Positions 50,152 to 62,960 of a DNA stretch of 64,000 nucleotides are shown here, piece by piece (within the stretch, counting starts at the first letter, position 1; every line of letters starts with the position of its first letter). The DNA comes from Eledone cirrhosa. Lineage: Eukaryota. The stretch spans positions 208,196,001-208,260,000 of the forward strand of contig OZ024741.1 in assembly GCA_964016885.1 (NCBI GenBank). Reading direction: 5' to 3'. A program made the translations under genes and the position numbers. The notes beneath the pieces are model-generated. The model saw only the letters and a program-made list of their open reading frames with translations. It searched no databases and was not told where the DNA came from.

Positions 50152-52912
50152 GTTATTCCTTGAATCTCAGTCATTGATGTTGGTTAACTGGAAAGTCCGT
50201 TGGATTGAATATCAAGCCACTACCTGCAGCCTCAGATATTCAGGACGTATCGGAGGGTTCTTGCTGTTCCAAGCAAGCATGCCTTTTGAAGCGTTCCAAA
50301 AAGCGTGAAGGGGCCGATTTTCTTTAACCATCCCTGGAAACCTTTGGAGATAGTCCCCAGTGCGCCTATGACAATCAGGATCACTTTGACTTCATGGCAG
50401 TTCCAAATCCTTTTCACCTCCCACTTTAGGTCCTGGTATCGGTTAATTTTCTCCCTCTCCTTCTCTTGCACTCTCGTGTCGAACGGGCAGGCCACATCCA
50501 CAATCAGGCACGATCTTTTTTCTTTGTCCACAACCACCAGGTCAGGTCTATTGTGTTCCAGTTTTTTGTCCGTCTGTATCCTAAAATCCCACAGCACCTT
50601 CACCTGACTGTTCTCCATCACCGCCTCTGGCCTATGCTCATACCATTTCTCAGAATGTGGTAGATTGTTTACTTTGCACAGGTGCCAGTGGATCACCCTG
50701 CCCATCACATCGTGTCTCCAGCCCTTATAGTGGGTCTGGGCTAGGTGTTTACACTCGGACACAATGTGAGCCACAGTCTCCTCTCTCTCTCCACAGATCC
50801 TGCACAGTGGGCTAGCCTCCTCCTTGTAGATATGGTGCTTCAACCACTTCGTTTTGAGGGCCTGCTCCTGCGCAGCCATTAGCATTCCTTCTGTAGCCTT
50901 TTTGAGGTCTCCTCTTCTCAACCAGTTCCATGTCTGTGGATCTCTAAATTCAGTTTTCTCAAAGAAGGTACTATGAAGGGATTTTCCCTTAAGGCTGCTC
51001 TTCCTCCTTGATGTTATTTCCTCCTTGGACATCCCCTGGCCTACTGTCCCCTCCTTCAGTACAGTTCTGAGCATTGGCTCCTTACTATAGGTCACGTATT
51101 TGTATAGGTTGTTTTTCTCCATCTGAACACAGTCCTCTATGCTGATAAGACCTCTTCCACCCTCAGATCTCCTTAGGTAGAGTCTATCGACATCACTCCT
51201 CTTGTGGAACATGTTGTAGATAGTCAATAGCTTCCTAGTCTTCCTATCCATTTCTTTTTGTTCAGCAACATTCCATCTCAGAATTCCCGCACTGTACCTA
51301 ATAATAGACACAGCTCGGGAATTTACTGCGCTTATGGCATTTCTGCTGTTCAGATGTGACTTCAATACGCTCCTTACTCTCCGAATGTATTCAGTTCTTA
51401 ACAATTCCTTCATTTTTTTGTTCTTTATGCCATCAGCCTCCAGAACGCCCAAATACTTGTATCCTTCCTCAGAGTCAATTTCCTTTATCATCTCACCTGT
51501 TGGTATCTGGATCCCGTTACTTCTGCTCAACCTACCCCTCTTCATCACAATGACTCCACATTTACCAATACCAAACTGCATACATATATCACTGCTGAAA
51601 ATACGGACAGTGTCAACAAGCACATCCAACTCCTTCTCACTTTTCCCGAAGAGCTTAAGATCGTCCATGAAGAGGAGGTGATTGATGGTAAGCTCTCCCC
51701 TTCCCAACTTGTATCCTGCTCTCACTTTTCGCAGCATAATGGTCAAGGGCATCAGGGCAAGGACAAACAACAGAGGGGACAGGCTATCTCCCTGGAAGAT
51801 ACCTCTCTTGATCTTCACGCTTCCCAAGGATACTCCAGTTGATGTCAACTCTGTCTCCCAGCACCCCATACTCCTGCCCAGCAACTGTCTGATGTTATCT
51901 GCCACCCTGAAGACCTCCAGGCTTTTGGTGATCCAGGAATGAGGCACCATGTCAAATGCCTTTCTGTAGTCTATCCATCCCATGGCAAGATCAGTGTGTC
52001 TCCTCCTGCAATTCCCCATTACCATCTTATCAATAAGCAACTGGTCCTTTGTACCACGTGACTTCTTTCGGCATCCTTTCTGTTCGTCCGGTAACAAGTT
52101 GTTTGTGTGGAGGTGATGGTAGATTTCCTCAGACACAATGCTCGTCAACAGTTTCCACATTACGGGCAGACATGTGATAGGTCTATAGTTGGTAACATCA
52201 TTACCCTTGAGTCGGTCTTTCATTATCAGAACTGTGGTACCTTTTGTCAACCACTCTGGCACCTCAACCGACACCAAGCAGTCATTGAACATGGCCGTCA
52301 GCTTCGGGTGGAGGGATGTTAAATGTTTAATCCAATACCCCTGCACACCATCTGGGCCTGGTGATTTCCAGTTGGTTAGTTTTTTGGCTTGCCCCTTAAG
52401 AGTTTCAACTGTGATACTCAAATCAGTCTGTTGTTGTGCCTTCTCACCGATCTCCCTCTGTACTGTCTCAATCCACCCTGCCTGGGCATTGTGTCTAACA
52501 TCCTGCTCCCATATTCCTCTCCAGAATGTTTTAGCTTGTTCCGCCCCAGGGATCAAGTCGTTGCCTCTTTCTTTCCCCTCAAGCTGTCCAAACAGCATCT
52601 TCTGGTTGTTGTCGAACATGCGGTTCTGTTTATACTGACTGACTCTGTTCTCGTATCGCCTGATTTTGGCACTCTTTGCTACAATGCGTTGCTTCAATTC
52701 CTCTATGATAATATTTAGCTTTTTACTCCTAGTTTTGTATTTTATTTCCAGTCTATTTTTAGTGCCTATGTTTTTTAGTGTCCCATTCAGTAGTGACTCA
52801 AGCTTTCCTATGTCATTTCTCATTTCCCCGATTTGCCCACTCAGTCGCTTCTTCCACCACGGCTCTGCTCTTTCTTGTCTGTTGTTTCCTCTCGCTTTTA
52901 TACCAAGTAGTT
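50152..52912 (-). mobile_element. 5'-truncated young R4/Dong-like copy (subfamily A')
   Basis: Contains the uninterrupted 863 aa ORF. Its 3' tail abuts the Tx1 (ATT)n tail. Confidence 0.95.
50232..52823 (-). CDS. R4/Dong-like RT + CCHC + restriction-like endonuclease (N-terminally truncated, otherwise intact)
   Basis: NYRPITCL, EQKGC, DYRKAFD, QGDSLSP, MDD, CRICGEREETVAHIVSEC and RPDLVV...DVACPFD...EKINRY. Confidence 0.9.
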   Translation of the reverse strand: MRNDIGKLESLLNGTLKNIGTKNRLEIKYKTRSKKLNIIIEELKQRIVAKSAKIRRYENRVSQYKQNRMFDNNQKMLFGQLEGKERGNDLIPGAEQAKTFWRGIWEQDVRHNAQAGWIETVQREIGEKAQQQTDLSITVETLKGQAKKLTNWKSPGPDGVQGYWIKHLTSLHPKLTAMFNDCLVSVEVPEWLTKGTTVLIMKDRLKGNDVTNYRPITCLPVMWKLLTSIVSEEIYHHLHTNNLLPDEQKGCRKKSRGTKDQLLIDKMVMGNCRRRHTDLAMGWIDYRKAFDMVPHSWITKSLEVFRVADNIRQLLGRSMGCWETELTSTGVSLGSVKIKRGIFQGDSLSPLLFVLALMPLTIMLRKVRAGYKLGRGELTINHLLFMDDLKLFGKSEKELDVLVDTVRIFSSDICMQFGIGKCGVIVMKRGRLSRSNGIQIPTGEMIKEIDSEEGYKYLGVLEADGIKNKKMKELLRTEYIRRVRSVLKSHLNSRNAISAVNSRAVSIIRYSAGILRWNVAEQKEMDRKTRKLLTIYNMFHKRSDVDRLYLRRSEGGRGLISIEDCVQMEKNNLYKYVTYSKEPMLRTVLKEGTVGQGMSKEEITSRRKSSLKGKSLHSTFFEKTEFRDPQTWNWLRRGDLKKATEGMLMAAQEQALKTKWLKHHIYKEEASPLCRICGEREETVAHIVSECKHLAQTHYKGWRHDVMGRVIHWHLCKVNNLPHSEKWYEHRPEAVMENSQVKVLWDFRIQTDKKLEHNRPDLVVVDKEKRSCLIVDVACPFDTRVQEKEREKINRYQDLKWEVKRIWNCHEVKVILIVIGALGTISKGFQGWLKKIGPFTLFGTLQKACLLGTARTLRYVLNI

Positions 52913-55900
52913 ATACCAGCAAAAAAGAGCCCATGCTTCAACATGGACCTCTCAATGAAAAGTTGGCCCAGGCCTGGAAGCTCATCAAGCAAGAGCAAAC
53001 CTGGGCCAACTTAACTGTCCCGGTAGAAGCTATTGAGGCAGTGGAGCGCAGAACGGTGCATTATAGATGCATCTCAGCACAAACCAAAAGGGCAGCTTTA
53101 ATCCCACAAGAAGATATCGAAGTCGCGTGGAGGTGCATCAGAGAAGACACTGAATACTTAGAGAGGGGCAGACAGTACGGCACCATTTCGGTGTTGTTCA
53201 AGTCAGAAGCCCTCGCTATGAAACACGCTATGACTACTTGCAAAACCAGCAAGGTCATAATGTACCCCTCCCACATGGGAAAAAGAACGGCCCGGCTCCG
53301 CATTCCCAGAATCCCACCAGAACTTGACATGTGGTGGCTTCTGGGATGTGTGATTGTGGAGGAGGCGAATACCGTCCCTATAGGAGTGACCAGAATGGCC
53401 AGAGAGGACTGGTCCGGGGTTGACCTGGAGATCCTTCTCCAGATCATCCGGAGAATGTGAAGACAATCCCGGACCACATCCGCCTTCAGAATGGGACGGT
53501 CATTCACATTATGACCGAAGGCAAAAGGCCGCAGTGTTTTGTTTGTGGGGAAAAAACCCATTTGCGAGCCTTCTGCCCTCAACTGCTGAAAGAGGCAAGG
53601 GGTCGAAAGGCTCCACTGCTGCCGACGCCGGGGCGAGGACCACAACCAGCACCAGCACCGGCAAAACCATCAACAACAACACCAATAGAAATACCACCAC
53701 CAACATTGACCACCCAGGGGGGAAACGAGGAAAGCTGTCAAATTACCCCTCCCCTCCAAAATACACACATCAATAAAATCATAAACATACATACAGACAC
53801 ACTTACAGACACAGACCGCTCATCTGCCAGTAGTGGAGATGAGGGAAAACCAAAATACAAAAAAGGAAACACAAAAAGAAAAAAAAACTCAACAAAGCAC
53901 AAAATCACCCACAATAAAAAACGCAGACACCACCCACGCAAACATCTCTCCAATAACACCAACATCAACACGGCCATCACCATCACCAGAATCCCCCAAA
54001 CGCAAACGCAAACAACCTAAACCGACGCAAGAACAAATATAGACACAAACATCTGAAACCACAGACACTGCACTCAGAACAAACACAGACACAACCGAAA
54101 CAACACCACCAAAACCATCACCACCACAGCCACGCAAACAGATAAAATCACACCAACAAAACATACAAAACTTCGTGCTCGTCAGGAGGGCCAACAAGGA
54201 ACTGATGTTCCTCGTAGCACGAAGTGAAAATATACAAAAAGAGGGGGTAATTTTTAAATCGAGCACATTTCGCGTGCCGGAAGATTTGGTTCTGGTGCGA
54301 ATGTCGATCGATTTATACAAAAAAAATACGAGACAGCTTTCCTCAGGACGTGGGAGCCCCGAACGTAAAACCCACTTCAAGGCTTTTAAAGTGGTTCCCA
54401 AAAGAAACCCCACCAACTATGTAGTCCGAACAACCCGACCTTCACAAGAGCCCGGAAGGTAAGTAAACCTTTCCTTTCTCTCTTTTTAACCTGCCAACAT
54501 GGCCGTATTAAGAGTAGGATGTTTAAATGTTCGAGGCCTGGGATCGTCCTGGAAGCAGGGTCACCTGCTCAATGACTTCAGGTCTCTAGAAATGGATGTA
54601 ATTGCCGTCAGCGAGACCAGGATTTCCGACACGCGCGCACTAGCCCCCATTTTCGACGACTATCAAATCTTTGCATCTGTTAGCCGGCCGGGAATGGGAG
54701 GCGGGTGGCAATGCTGTTTAGGAAAGGCCAGGATCTCGAGGTACGGTCGATCTTCCGGGACGGGAGGTTGGTGGTCCTGGACGTGAACAATAACGAAGGT
54801 GGTGCCTTTAGACTGGTGGCCGTCTATTCTCCTACTGGGGCAGGACGGCCGGACTTCTTTAGACGCCTGGAAGCCTTTCTGGGCACGTCTCACCCTTTAC
54901 TGTTAGCGGGGGACTGGAACGGAATCTTAGACGCACGCTGGGACTGTGTGGGAGTATCCGATAGGAGCGGGGGGTGCAAAAGCCTCAAGAACCTGATCAG
55001 CCAGTTCCAACTGTCTGACAGGTACCGACTAGATTTCCCTAATGCGCCAGTGTGGACCTGGGCTAACCGCATAGGGTCATCTAGATCGTATATAGACAGG
55101 ATATTCATTAGGAAAAAAGACAGAAATAGTGTAAGCTGTCCACGTTTTGAAACGGTCGCCTATTCAGATCACAAGTTTGTGATCTGTATGGTCGATCTAG
55201 ATAAGACGCGTAGGTTAGGACCTGGTTACTGGAAGCTAAACATGTCATTTCCGGCACGTAAGGCTTACAGGGACCAGGTCAACAATTTAGTTAAGAAAAG
55301 GTTGACAGGAGGAGTTGTCAACAATAGATGGTGGGGGTCTCTCAAAAGAGAGATTAGAGTAATGTCGATAAAGTTTAGCAAAGAAGTAGCGTTAGAGAAA
55401 AATAGAAAGGAGGGGGAGTTGGTAGACAAGTTAGACGAGGCTATTGGTAGTGGCATTGCAACTAACGTGCTAGCGGCGAGAATGGCATTAGACCATTTCT
55501 TCAATGCGAAACACGAAGGTTGCATTGTCAGAGCTAAGGCGCGTGCTCTGAGAAACGAGGGAACCAAAGCTGTTCGATGGGCCCGCGTGGCAGAGGCGCA
55601 GCATGGTAATAAAACCACGATTCGGTCTTTGACAGACCGAGACGGACACGAGCTGAGCGATTCCAAGAGGATGTGTAAGGCCTTTCGCCAACATTTTGCT
55701 CGGTTGTTCGGGGGAAGTGGCGGGTCAGAGATGATGGCGGACTTCAGTCCCTACTTCGATGGCTTGCCGCAACTCTCGACGGCTGACGCTGGGCGCTGCG
55801 AAAGGCCAATTATTTCAGCCGAGATTCAGGATGCCCTTGTCGGCTGTATGAGGCGCAAGTCACCCGGTTTGGATGGTCTGCCCTACGAGCTTTACGTAAA

Positions 55901-58129
55901 TATGCCAGACTTGTTCTCCAATCTCCTCGAAGCCCTCTACTGCAACTGGCAGCAAAATGGGAGTATTCCCAGTTCTGTGAGTCGGGGCGTAGTAACGCTG
56001 ATAAGGAAAGACGAGAACAAGAGGGACACATTAGACAATTTCAGGCCCATAACTCTGCTCACTCAACACAGAGTTTAAGATTTTGGCCAGGGTGTTGGCG
56101 AAGAGGTTGGCGCTTGCCGTCGGGGATTTGGTTGGGGAGGCGCAAACTTGCGCAATCCCAACCAGGTCCATACACGACAACCTCCACCTAATGCGATACA
56201 TCATAGAGAGGGTAGGGTGTAAACCTGGCTTCGGTGGGGCTCTGATCAATTTAGATCAATCGAAAGCATTCGATAGGGTCGACCATCGGTACCTGGAAGC
56301 TGTCCTCAAGGCGGCTCGCTTCGGCCCCGTCTTCAGAAGCTGGATCGCTGCAATGCACAGCGGCACCTGCTCGATGGTCAAAATTAATGGCCACCTCTCG
56401 GAACCGTTTCAGGTCTCCCGATCGGTCCGTCAAGGGTGCCCTCTCTCCTCCCTTCTGTACGTATTGACTCTCGAGCCTTTACTGCGGAAGCTGGAGCTGT
56501 TGCAGGGCATCCCGCTCGAACCGGGACGCGGAAAGGCTGTGTCGGCTTATGCGGACGACATCACCGTGATGGTGTCGGACACCTCAGAAATCGAGGTGGT
56601 CGGCAACTTATTGGAGGAATATGAAAGGTTGACAGGAGCAAAACTTAACCCGGAAAAGTCGGTGGGCTTGCAACTCGGCACCTGGAGAGGCAAGGCCATG
56701 CCGTCCAACAGCGTCATTAGGCGCTGGACCGACGGACCGGTAAAGTTGCTTGGGGTTTGGTTCGGGCCAGACCTCCAGGTGGATAAGAATTGGGACGAGG
56801 TGTCGGGCAGGGTAGCCAGTCTCACCCAGAAATGGGCTGGGATGAACCTATCACTGAAAGGTCGGGCGGAGGTGGCGAACGCGTACATCGCGTCCGTCAT
56901 CTACTACCGTGTGACCGTCGTCCCTTGCCCCGTTCGCGCCTCGCCATCTTGGAGAGGCTCCTCTTCAAATTCTTGTGGAGAGGTCAGGTTCCGCTGGTGA
57001 GGCAGTCCACCTGCTGCCAGCATCCTCTACGTGGAGGGCTGGGCATGCCGTGGCATCTCCAGATATTCTGCCTAAACGGTGAACAGATGTGGTCGCCGTT
57101 TGTCAGACGGGCCTTTCCGCAGCTCGTTTCTTTGACTGAGCTGCAGTCCTATGTCAAGAAGAGACCGAGACTGGGTGACTGGCATCTGGAATGTTGCCAA
57201 GCACTCACTGCCCTCTACCAGGCGGGCAATGCGGTCAGTGGAACTTCCACTCTCGAGTTCTATAGAGGATTAGTGGTGGGCAAGTGCGACGGTCACTCGA
57301 AGAGGCTCTGGGAGTCAACGAGGTCGAACTAACCAGTCTGTACTGGAGGACTTTCGAGCCGAGGACGATGGATAATTTCCAAAAATCCCTCGCTTGGCAG
57401 TGCTACCGGGGGGCACTGCCGGTTCGATATAAACTCTAGAGGCACGGAAGTGCTGTCAGACGGACCTGCCCGAGATGCGCGTAGAGCAACGAAACCGTTC
57501 TGCACGCACTCGTCCAGTGTCCGTGCATTACTGACTTGTGGGGTTATGTTGAACAGCTGTTGTCGCGTGTAGAACGGATCCGGATATCGGCCGAGTCCAT
57601 AGTGAAGATCGACCCGCCGCCTTCTTTTGGCCAGGAAGGGCAGGCAATTTTCCTCTGTCTGGTGGCAGTAGCGAAAGAGGTTGTATGGTGGACGAGGTTG
57701 AAAGGACTGAAGACAATCACTTTTCCCTTCGGCCACTCCCTCAGCAACTTTTTCAAGTTTCACTTGGAAAGGAAGATGAGGGTGGAGAGAGAAGTGCTGT
57801 CCTCCAGTACATTTGCTGAAAGGTGGGTGAATGTGGCGAGAATGGCCCGTGTGAGTGGGCCTACTCTGGTCATGCGGCTGTAGGTAGGTAAATTTGAGGA
57901 GGAGAGGGGTGCCATTCCAGGGTGCTCTCGAAGCGTCGGGTCGTTCAGGATTGGTGGGGTACCTGAGTGAACCCTGGGTGCCCCCCTATTGGGGAATTTT
58001 TTTCTTGTAATTTTATTGTTACTTTGTTATTGGTTCATATTGTTTACTCGATTTTTCTGTAAAACCCCACTGTCTCAGTCTTTTGTATTGTCACCTATAT
58101 GTCGGTCCTTGTGGCCAATAAATGAAATC
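52913..58129 (+). mobile_element. 5'-truncated Tx1/L1-clade LINE, second family (T2): ORF1 remnant to ~54462, ORF2 54499-57883 frameshifted
   Basis: EGKRPQCFVCGEKTHLRAFC; MAVLRVGCLNVRGL, GDWN, KSPGLDGLPYE, LDQSKAFDRVDH and AYADD. Ends ccttgtggccaataaatgaaatc. Confidence 0.9.
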
Positions 58130-58532
58130 ACTCTTCGGTGATGCCCTGATTAACTTTTTCAAATTTCATTTTAAAAGGAAAATCAGGGTAGAGAGGGAAG
58201 TGCTCTCTTCCCAGCATTTTGTTGAAAGATAGGTGAGAGAAGCAAGTATGGCCCGTGTGAATGGGCCTACTCTGAGTATCTGTCTGTAAATTAAAGGTGG
58301 AAAACTGGGAGAGGGCACTTGCCCTGGTGATCGGGGTCACTGTAGCCTTTTAATGGGCTTTCTCCACAAATGTCCCTCGGAAGTCTCCCCCCTATTGGGG
58401 AATTTTTTTGTTATTTTTATTATTACATCCTCTGTTTTTTACACGCTGAAATGCCCATTTGTACCGCCCTGTATTGTCCTGTACTGTCCTTAATGTCTAC
58501 TTTATGTAAACCCTTGTGGTTAATAAAGAAAG

Positions 58533-58572
<40 letters not shown>

Positions 58573-58876
58573 GAGAAGCAAGAATGGCCCAAGTGAATGG
58601 GCCTTCTCTGAGTACGTATCTGTAAATTAAAGATGGAAAACTGGGAGAGGGCACTTGCCCTGGTGATCAGGGTCACTGTGGCCTTTTAATGGGCTTTCTC
58701 CACAAATGTCCCTCCGAAGTCTCCCCTCTATTGGGGAATTTTTCATTGTTATTTTTTTGTTACATCCTCTGTTTTTGTTTTTTACGCGCAGAAATGCCCA
58801 TTTGTACCGTCCTGCATTGTCCTGCACTGTCCTTAATGTCTACTTTATGTAAACCCTTGTGGTTAATAAAGAAATC
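58130..58876 (+). mobile_element. Two tandem 3' fragments of Tx1 family T1 (58130-58533 and 58572-58876), each ending in (ATT)n
   Basis: They match 49729-50133 and ~49835-50133. Confidence 0.9.
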
Positions 58877-58904
58877 ATTATTATTATTATTATTATTATT
58901 ATTA

Positions 58905-61900
58905 CAGCTGCATTTATCTTGCTTTATGTTCATACGAGTTATCACCAAGTCACAACCAGTGACCTCAAGAGACAACAAGGTCCGCCATGATCAAGAAAGA
59001 ACATACATACTCACACATGCATCTTTAGGTGTTTAGAATGTGATGTACTCATATTGACAGAATCTTCCTTAGTATATGGGCAGTTCCCATTAGTACTATC
59101 TTTTGTATTTCTCCTATACGCGGGTTTCCTGGGATTTGCGATAAGTAAACATTAGACCCCCTAGGTATCATTCCTAGAGCGCCTACAACCACTGGTATTG
59201 TTTTAGTTCTCAATTGCCCCATTTTTCTAATTTCTATCTCCAGGTCCTTATACTTGCTCAATTTTTCAAATGTTTTTATAGATACATTCTTGTCTATTGG
59301 AACGGACATATCAATTAGCAGGCATACCCTCTTTTTAAAGTCCTTCAATATTATATCAGGTCTATTTGCATCTATTTTTCGGTCTGTTTGGATGCTAAAG
59401 TTCCACAAGATTGAGATGTGATCTTTTTCAAGTATGGGAGGTGGTTGATGCTCCCACCAATTCTTTTGATGGGGCAGGTCAAAATGCTTACACATTATCC
59501 AATGTATGTATTGTGAAGCTCTGTCATGTCTGTTTAGGTATTCGGTTGGAGCTATAGGACTGCACATTGAAATTATATAGTCAATGGTCTCTGGTTGTTT
59601 TTTACATACACGGCATAATGGGCTGCATCCATTTTTTATTATGTTGGCTTGGTAACTTTTTGTGGTAACTGATCTTGTGCTGATATAATCAGTCCTTCAG
59701 TCTCCGATTTCAGTCCAGAGGATGCCAACCACTGATGGGTTAAAGTTTTGTCAACATCAGGATTGTTAGCTCGTTCTGGGTATTTTCCATACAGAGGCTA
59801 TTCTTGCTATTTCTTAGCCAGTTTCTGTAGCAGTTCTTTCTTTGCAGTTACTTTTACCTGCTTTGCTTTTTCTGTGTTTTCCATTTCAGCAGTAAGTGGG
59901 ACTTCTGAAATTTGTAGTCCATTACTGTATCTTTGTGCATCTTTTGTAATGGAATATGATCTTTTGATGCTTTCGTGTTTCAAAACGTGTTTGATCATCC
60001 AATCATGTGATTCCCTTAGATATGTAGATAATCCAATTGTTGCAGTTTTCAACGCAATGTCTAACTGGATTAACCCACGTCCTCCTTCTTTCCTAGGGAG
60101 TTATATTCTATCTGTATCTGCCTTAGGGTGATGCATTCTGTAGATGGTTAAGAATTTTCGAATTTTTGTATCGAGCCTACGGATCTCTGTGCTTGACTGT
60201 AGGTTACTACTGGTATGGCAAGCGTGTTTATGGCATCGATCCTATTCCTTGCATTCAATTCCGTTCTTAAGATTGCTCTTACTCTGCGGTAACATTCCTT
60301 CCTTATCCTTTCCCTCATTGTCGAGTGCTTGATTCCGTCTCCTTCACAAACACCTAGATATTTGTAAGTTTCCTCTTGATCAAGTTCTCTTATCACATTC
60401 CCCCGATCAAGATTAATGTCTGAACTTTTCAGTAGCTTTCCTCTGGTGAACGTTGCTTTGGCGCATTTATCTAGTCCAAACACCATTTTAATGTCATCAC
60501 TGAACTGCTCCACATGGATAATAGCCCTTGCAATTGTTCATCATTTTTTGCAAATAGTTTCAGGTCATACATGTACAACAAGTGATTAATGGTTTTGTCA
60601 TAGACTTTATATCCATGTTTTGTTTCATTGAGCATTTTACTTAATGGTATATGTGCGATGCAGAATAAAAGCGGTGATAAAGAGTCACCCTGAAAAATTC
60701 CACAATTAATATTAACTTCTCCAGCTTCCAGTGATTTTGTTTCACTATTCAAAAGGAGTGTCGTTTTCCATGTCTTCTTACTGAATGACAAAAACCTCCT
60801 GACAACGGGGGATATTTTGAAAATCTCTAAACATTTTTCAATCCAACTGTGTGGCAAACTATCGAATGCTTTTTTATAATCTATCCAAGAAATCGATAGA
60901 TTTTTGTGTCTATTATGACAATCTTCCAGTATCATTTTGTTAACCAGAAGCTGATCCTTACAGCCATATGAGCCTCGTTTACACCCTTTCTTCTCAATGG
61001 GAAATAGGTCATTTGTTATCAGGTGGTCATATGTGTATTCAGGTAGGACTGATGTTAAAATTTTATACATTGTGGTCAAGCAAGTTATCGGTCTGTAATT
61101 TTTGGGATTGTTTGTCTCATCATTCTTCCGAAGCAGGAATGTAATGCCGTTAACTAGCCATGATGGTATCTTTTCTGGCTCCTTAACTATTTCATTGGGC
61201 CAACAGCTCATGAGACTCTGTGAAGGCATTTATCCAAAAGTTTTGTATTTTGTCTTTTCCTGGGGATTTCCATTTGCTGGTTTTACTTAGAGCCAAGCGC
61301 AACTGTTCAAATGTTATATTTTCCCATATTTGTTCCTCAAGGTGAGCTGTATCTTTCATTTGTCTGTCTATCCATGGGGCATGTATGTTATGAACTTTTT
61401 CTTCGGCCCAGATCTTTTCCCAGAATTCTTGCACTTCCTCCTTGGGTGGTATTGATTTAGCAGTTATTGTTGACTTACCAATTTTTCTGTAGAAGTTTCT
61501 TTGGTTGTTTTTGAACATATTATTGTCTTTATAGAATCTAGATCGTTTTTCAAAGCGCCTTATACGAGCAGCTTTGGCCGACACTTTTTGCTTGATTATT
61601 TCTATCAGCATGTCTATGTCACTTGTTGATTTTATACTGTACTTTTTTTTCAATTTTCTAAGTTTAGTTTGTTTAACATGTTCACCTACTTTATAGTTTG
61701 TTAAAATGTCTATGTCAGATCGGAGAAGGTTTATTTGGCGATTGATATTCTCTTGCCAAGTAGATTTCTTGTGGGAATTCCTTTGTTTTTCATCTTCACT
61801 CCACATAAGTGAGTGGTGACTTTAGCCGATGCATAATAAAGATGATTTAAATCAGTAATGTTTAGTTTGTTTGTGATGATAATGTTTTTGAGAATTATGT

Positions 61901-62830
61901 TAGTCTTGTGTATTATCTTTTGGTTCTGTTTGGAGTTCTGGATCTTAGGGAGGGTGTCTCGTTACCCCATGTCAGATTCTTTCATTTTCATCCATTCGAT
62001 CATAATTTCATCCTTCAAGTTGGCAAGTTCATTCTCATTCATTTCTTTATCATTTACGATCTCATTATTTTCATTTGGAGTTTCATCTTGAGCATGCATT
62101 ACCTCCACTTTTTCGATCCTTTCTTTAATTTGTTGTTGCCAGTGATTCCGCCCCAACCCTGGGATTCGAAGTGTTACAATTTACCTCGTTTTCACTGACA
62201 CATGTTTCATTTTCCCTTCGCTGACTTTGTGCTAATAGCTTGATCTGATCAATTTCTATATCAGTTAGTAACTTTTTTCTTACAATATTTCTTCGTATAT
62301 TGGCTAGTTTGTTACTGTCAATATAGCCTCTGTTTTCGGGATGTTTCTTTTTCCAGTTGATATATGTCTGTTCTGTATTCGATGTATTTGATGGGTAGTA
62401 CATGGCAGTGTAGAAAGCCTCAAGGACTTCTTTATTATCTTCCCTTGACCATTTTCTCTCTTTTTCTTTGGATTTCTTGGTGGTGAGCATGGGGGGCCAA
62501 CAGTAGGAGTATTCCGGTTATGGGAGGTCTCCAGCTCCGAAGTGATGAGAAGGTTTGAACCATTAGCTGATTTTTCGGCCCCAGTCTGGTTCCTCTCTGA
62601 GGGACGCGGCCCTTTTTTACCCGGGTGACGGCCGATCCGGTATGAGATTTTATCATTAGACATTTACTTTATTTTGTCGCGTTTTATCCTTATCCGCCAA
62701 GGGGTAATCATTTCGTGTTACCACTTCTAGAACGAGTGTCAACCAAGACTAGAGGGGTCGTTCTCCCCTAGAGACACGGCTATTCCCCGCCGGCCGCCAT
62801 CCCGGTATTTCTTGGTCACGGGGTTTTCTT
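58905..62830 (-). mobile_element. Full-length R4/Dong-like retrotransposon, family B, frameshifted (ORF from 62663 to 59049)
   Basis: GRHPG, WSREDNKEVL, WKSPGKDKIQNFW, KGCKRGSYGCKDQLL, GIFQGDSLSPLLF, YMYDLKL and NRPDII. Structured 5' UTR. Confidence 0.9.
62714..62817 (-). ncRNA. Candidate HDV-like pseudoknot at the retrotransposon 5' end (non-canonical core)
   Basis: P1 GACCAAG/CTTGGTT opens with G.U; P2 CGTGT/ACACG; P4 CACT/AGTG. All are in HDV order, but the catalytic C is not seen. Confidence 0.4.
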
Positions 62831-62904
62831 TTTGTTGGTTTTTTAAATTGTTATTATAATGACTGGTTCCTTAATGTGAGCATTGCGTGGCTTAAGAATG
62901 AAAT

Positions 62905-62960
62905 TATTAATAATTGTCTCCACTCCAGGCACAAGGCCAGCAATCACCCAGTGCATTACA
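62905..62960 (-). mobile_element. SINE 3' fragment
   Basis: Minus: gtaatgcactgggtgattgctggccttgtgcctggagtggagacaattatt. Confidence 0.7.

Noticed and set aside
52666-53460. 264 aa chimeric ORF as a new gene
   Set aside because: Antisense R4 sequence running in frame into a truncated Tx1 ORF1.
40654-57763. Many antisense ORFs of 60-190 aa over the LINE copies
   Set aside because: Shadow frames of retrotransposon ORFs, repeated only because the elements are repeated.
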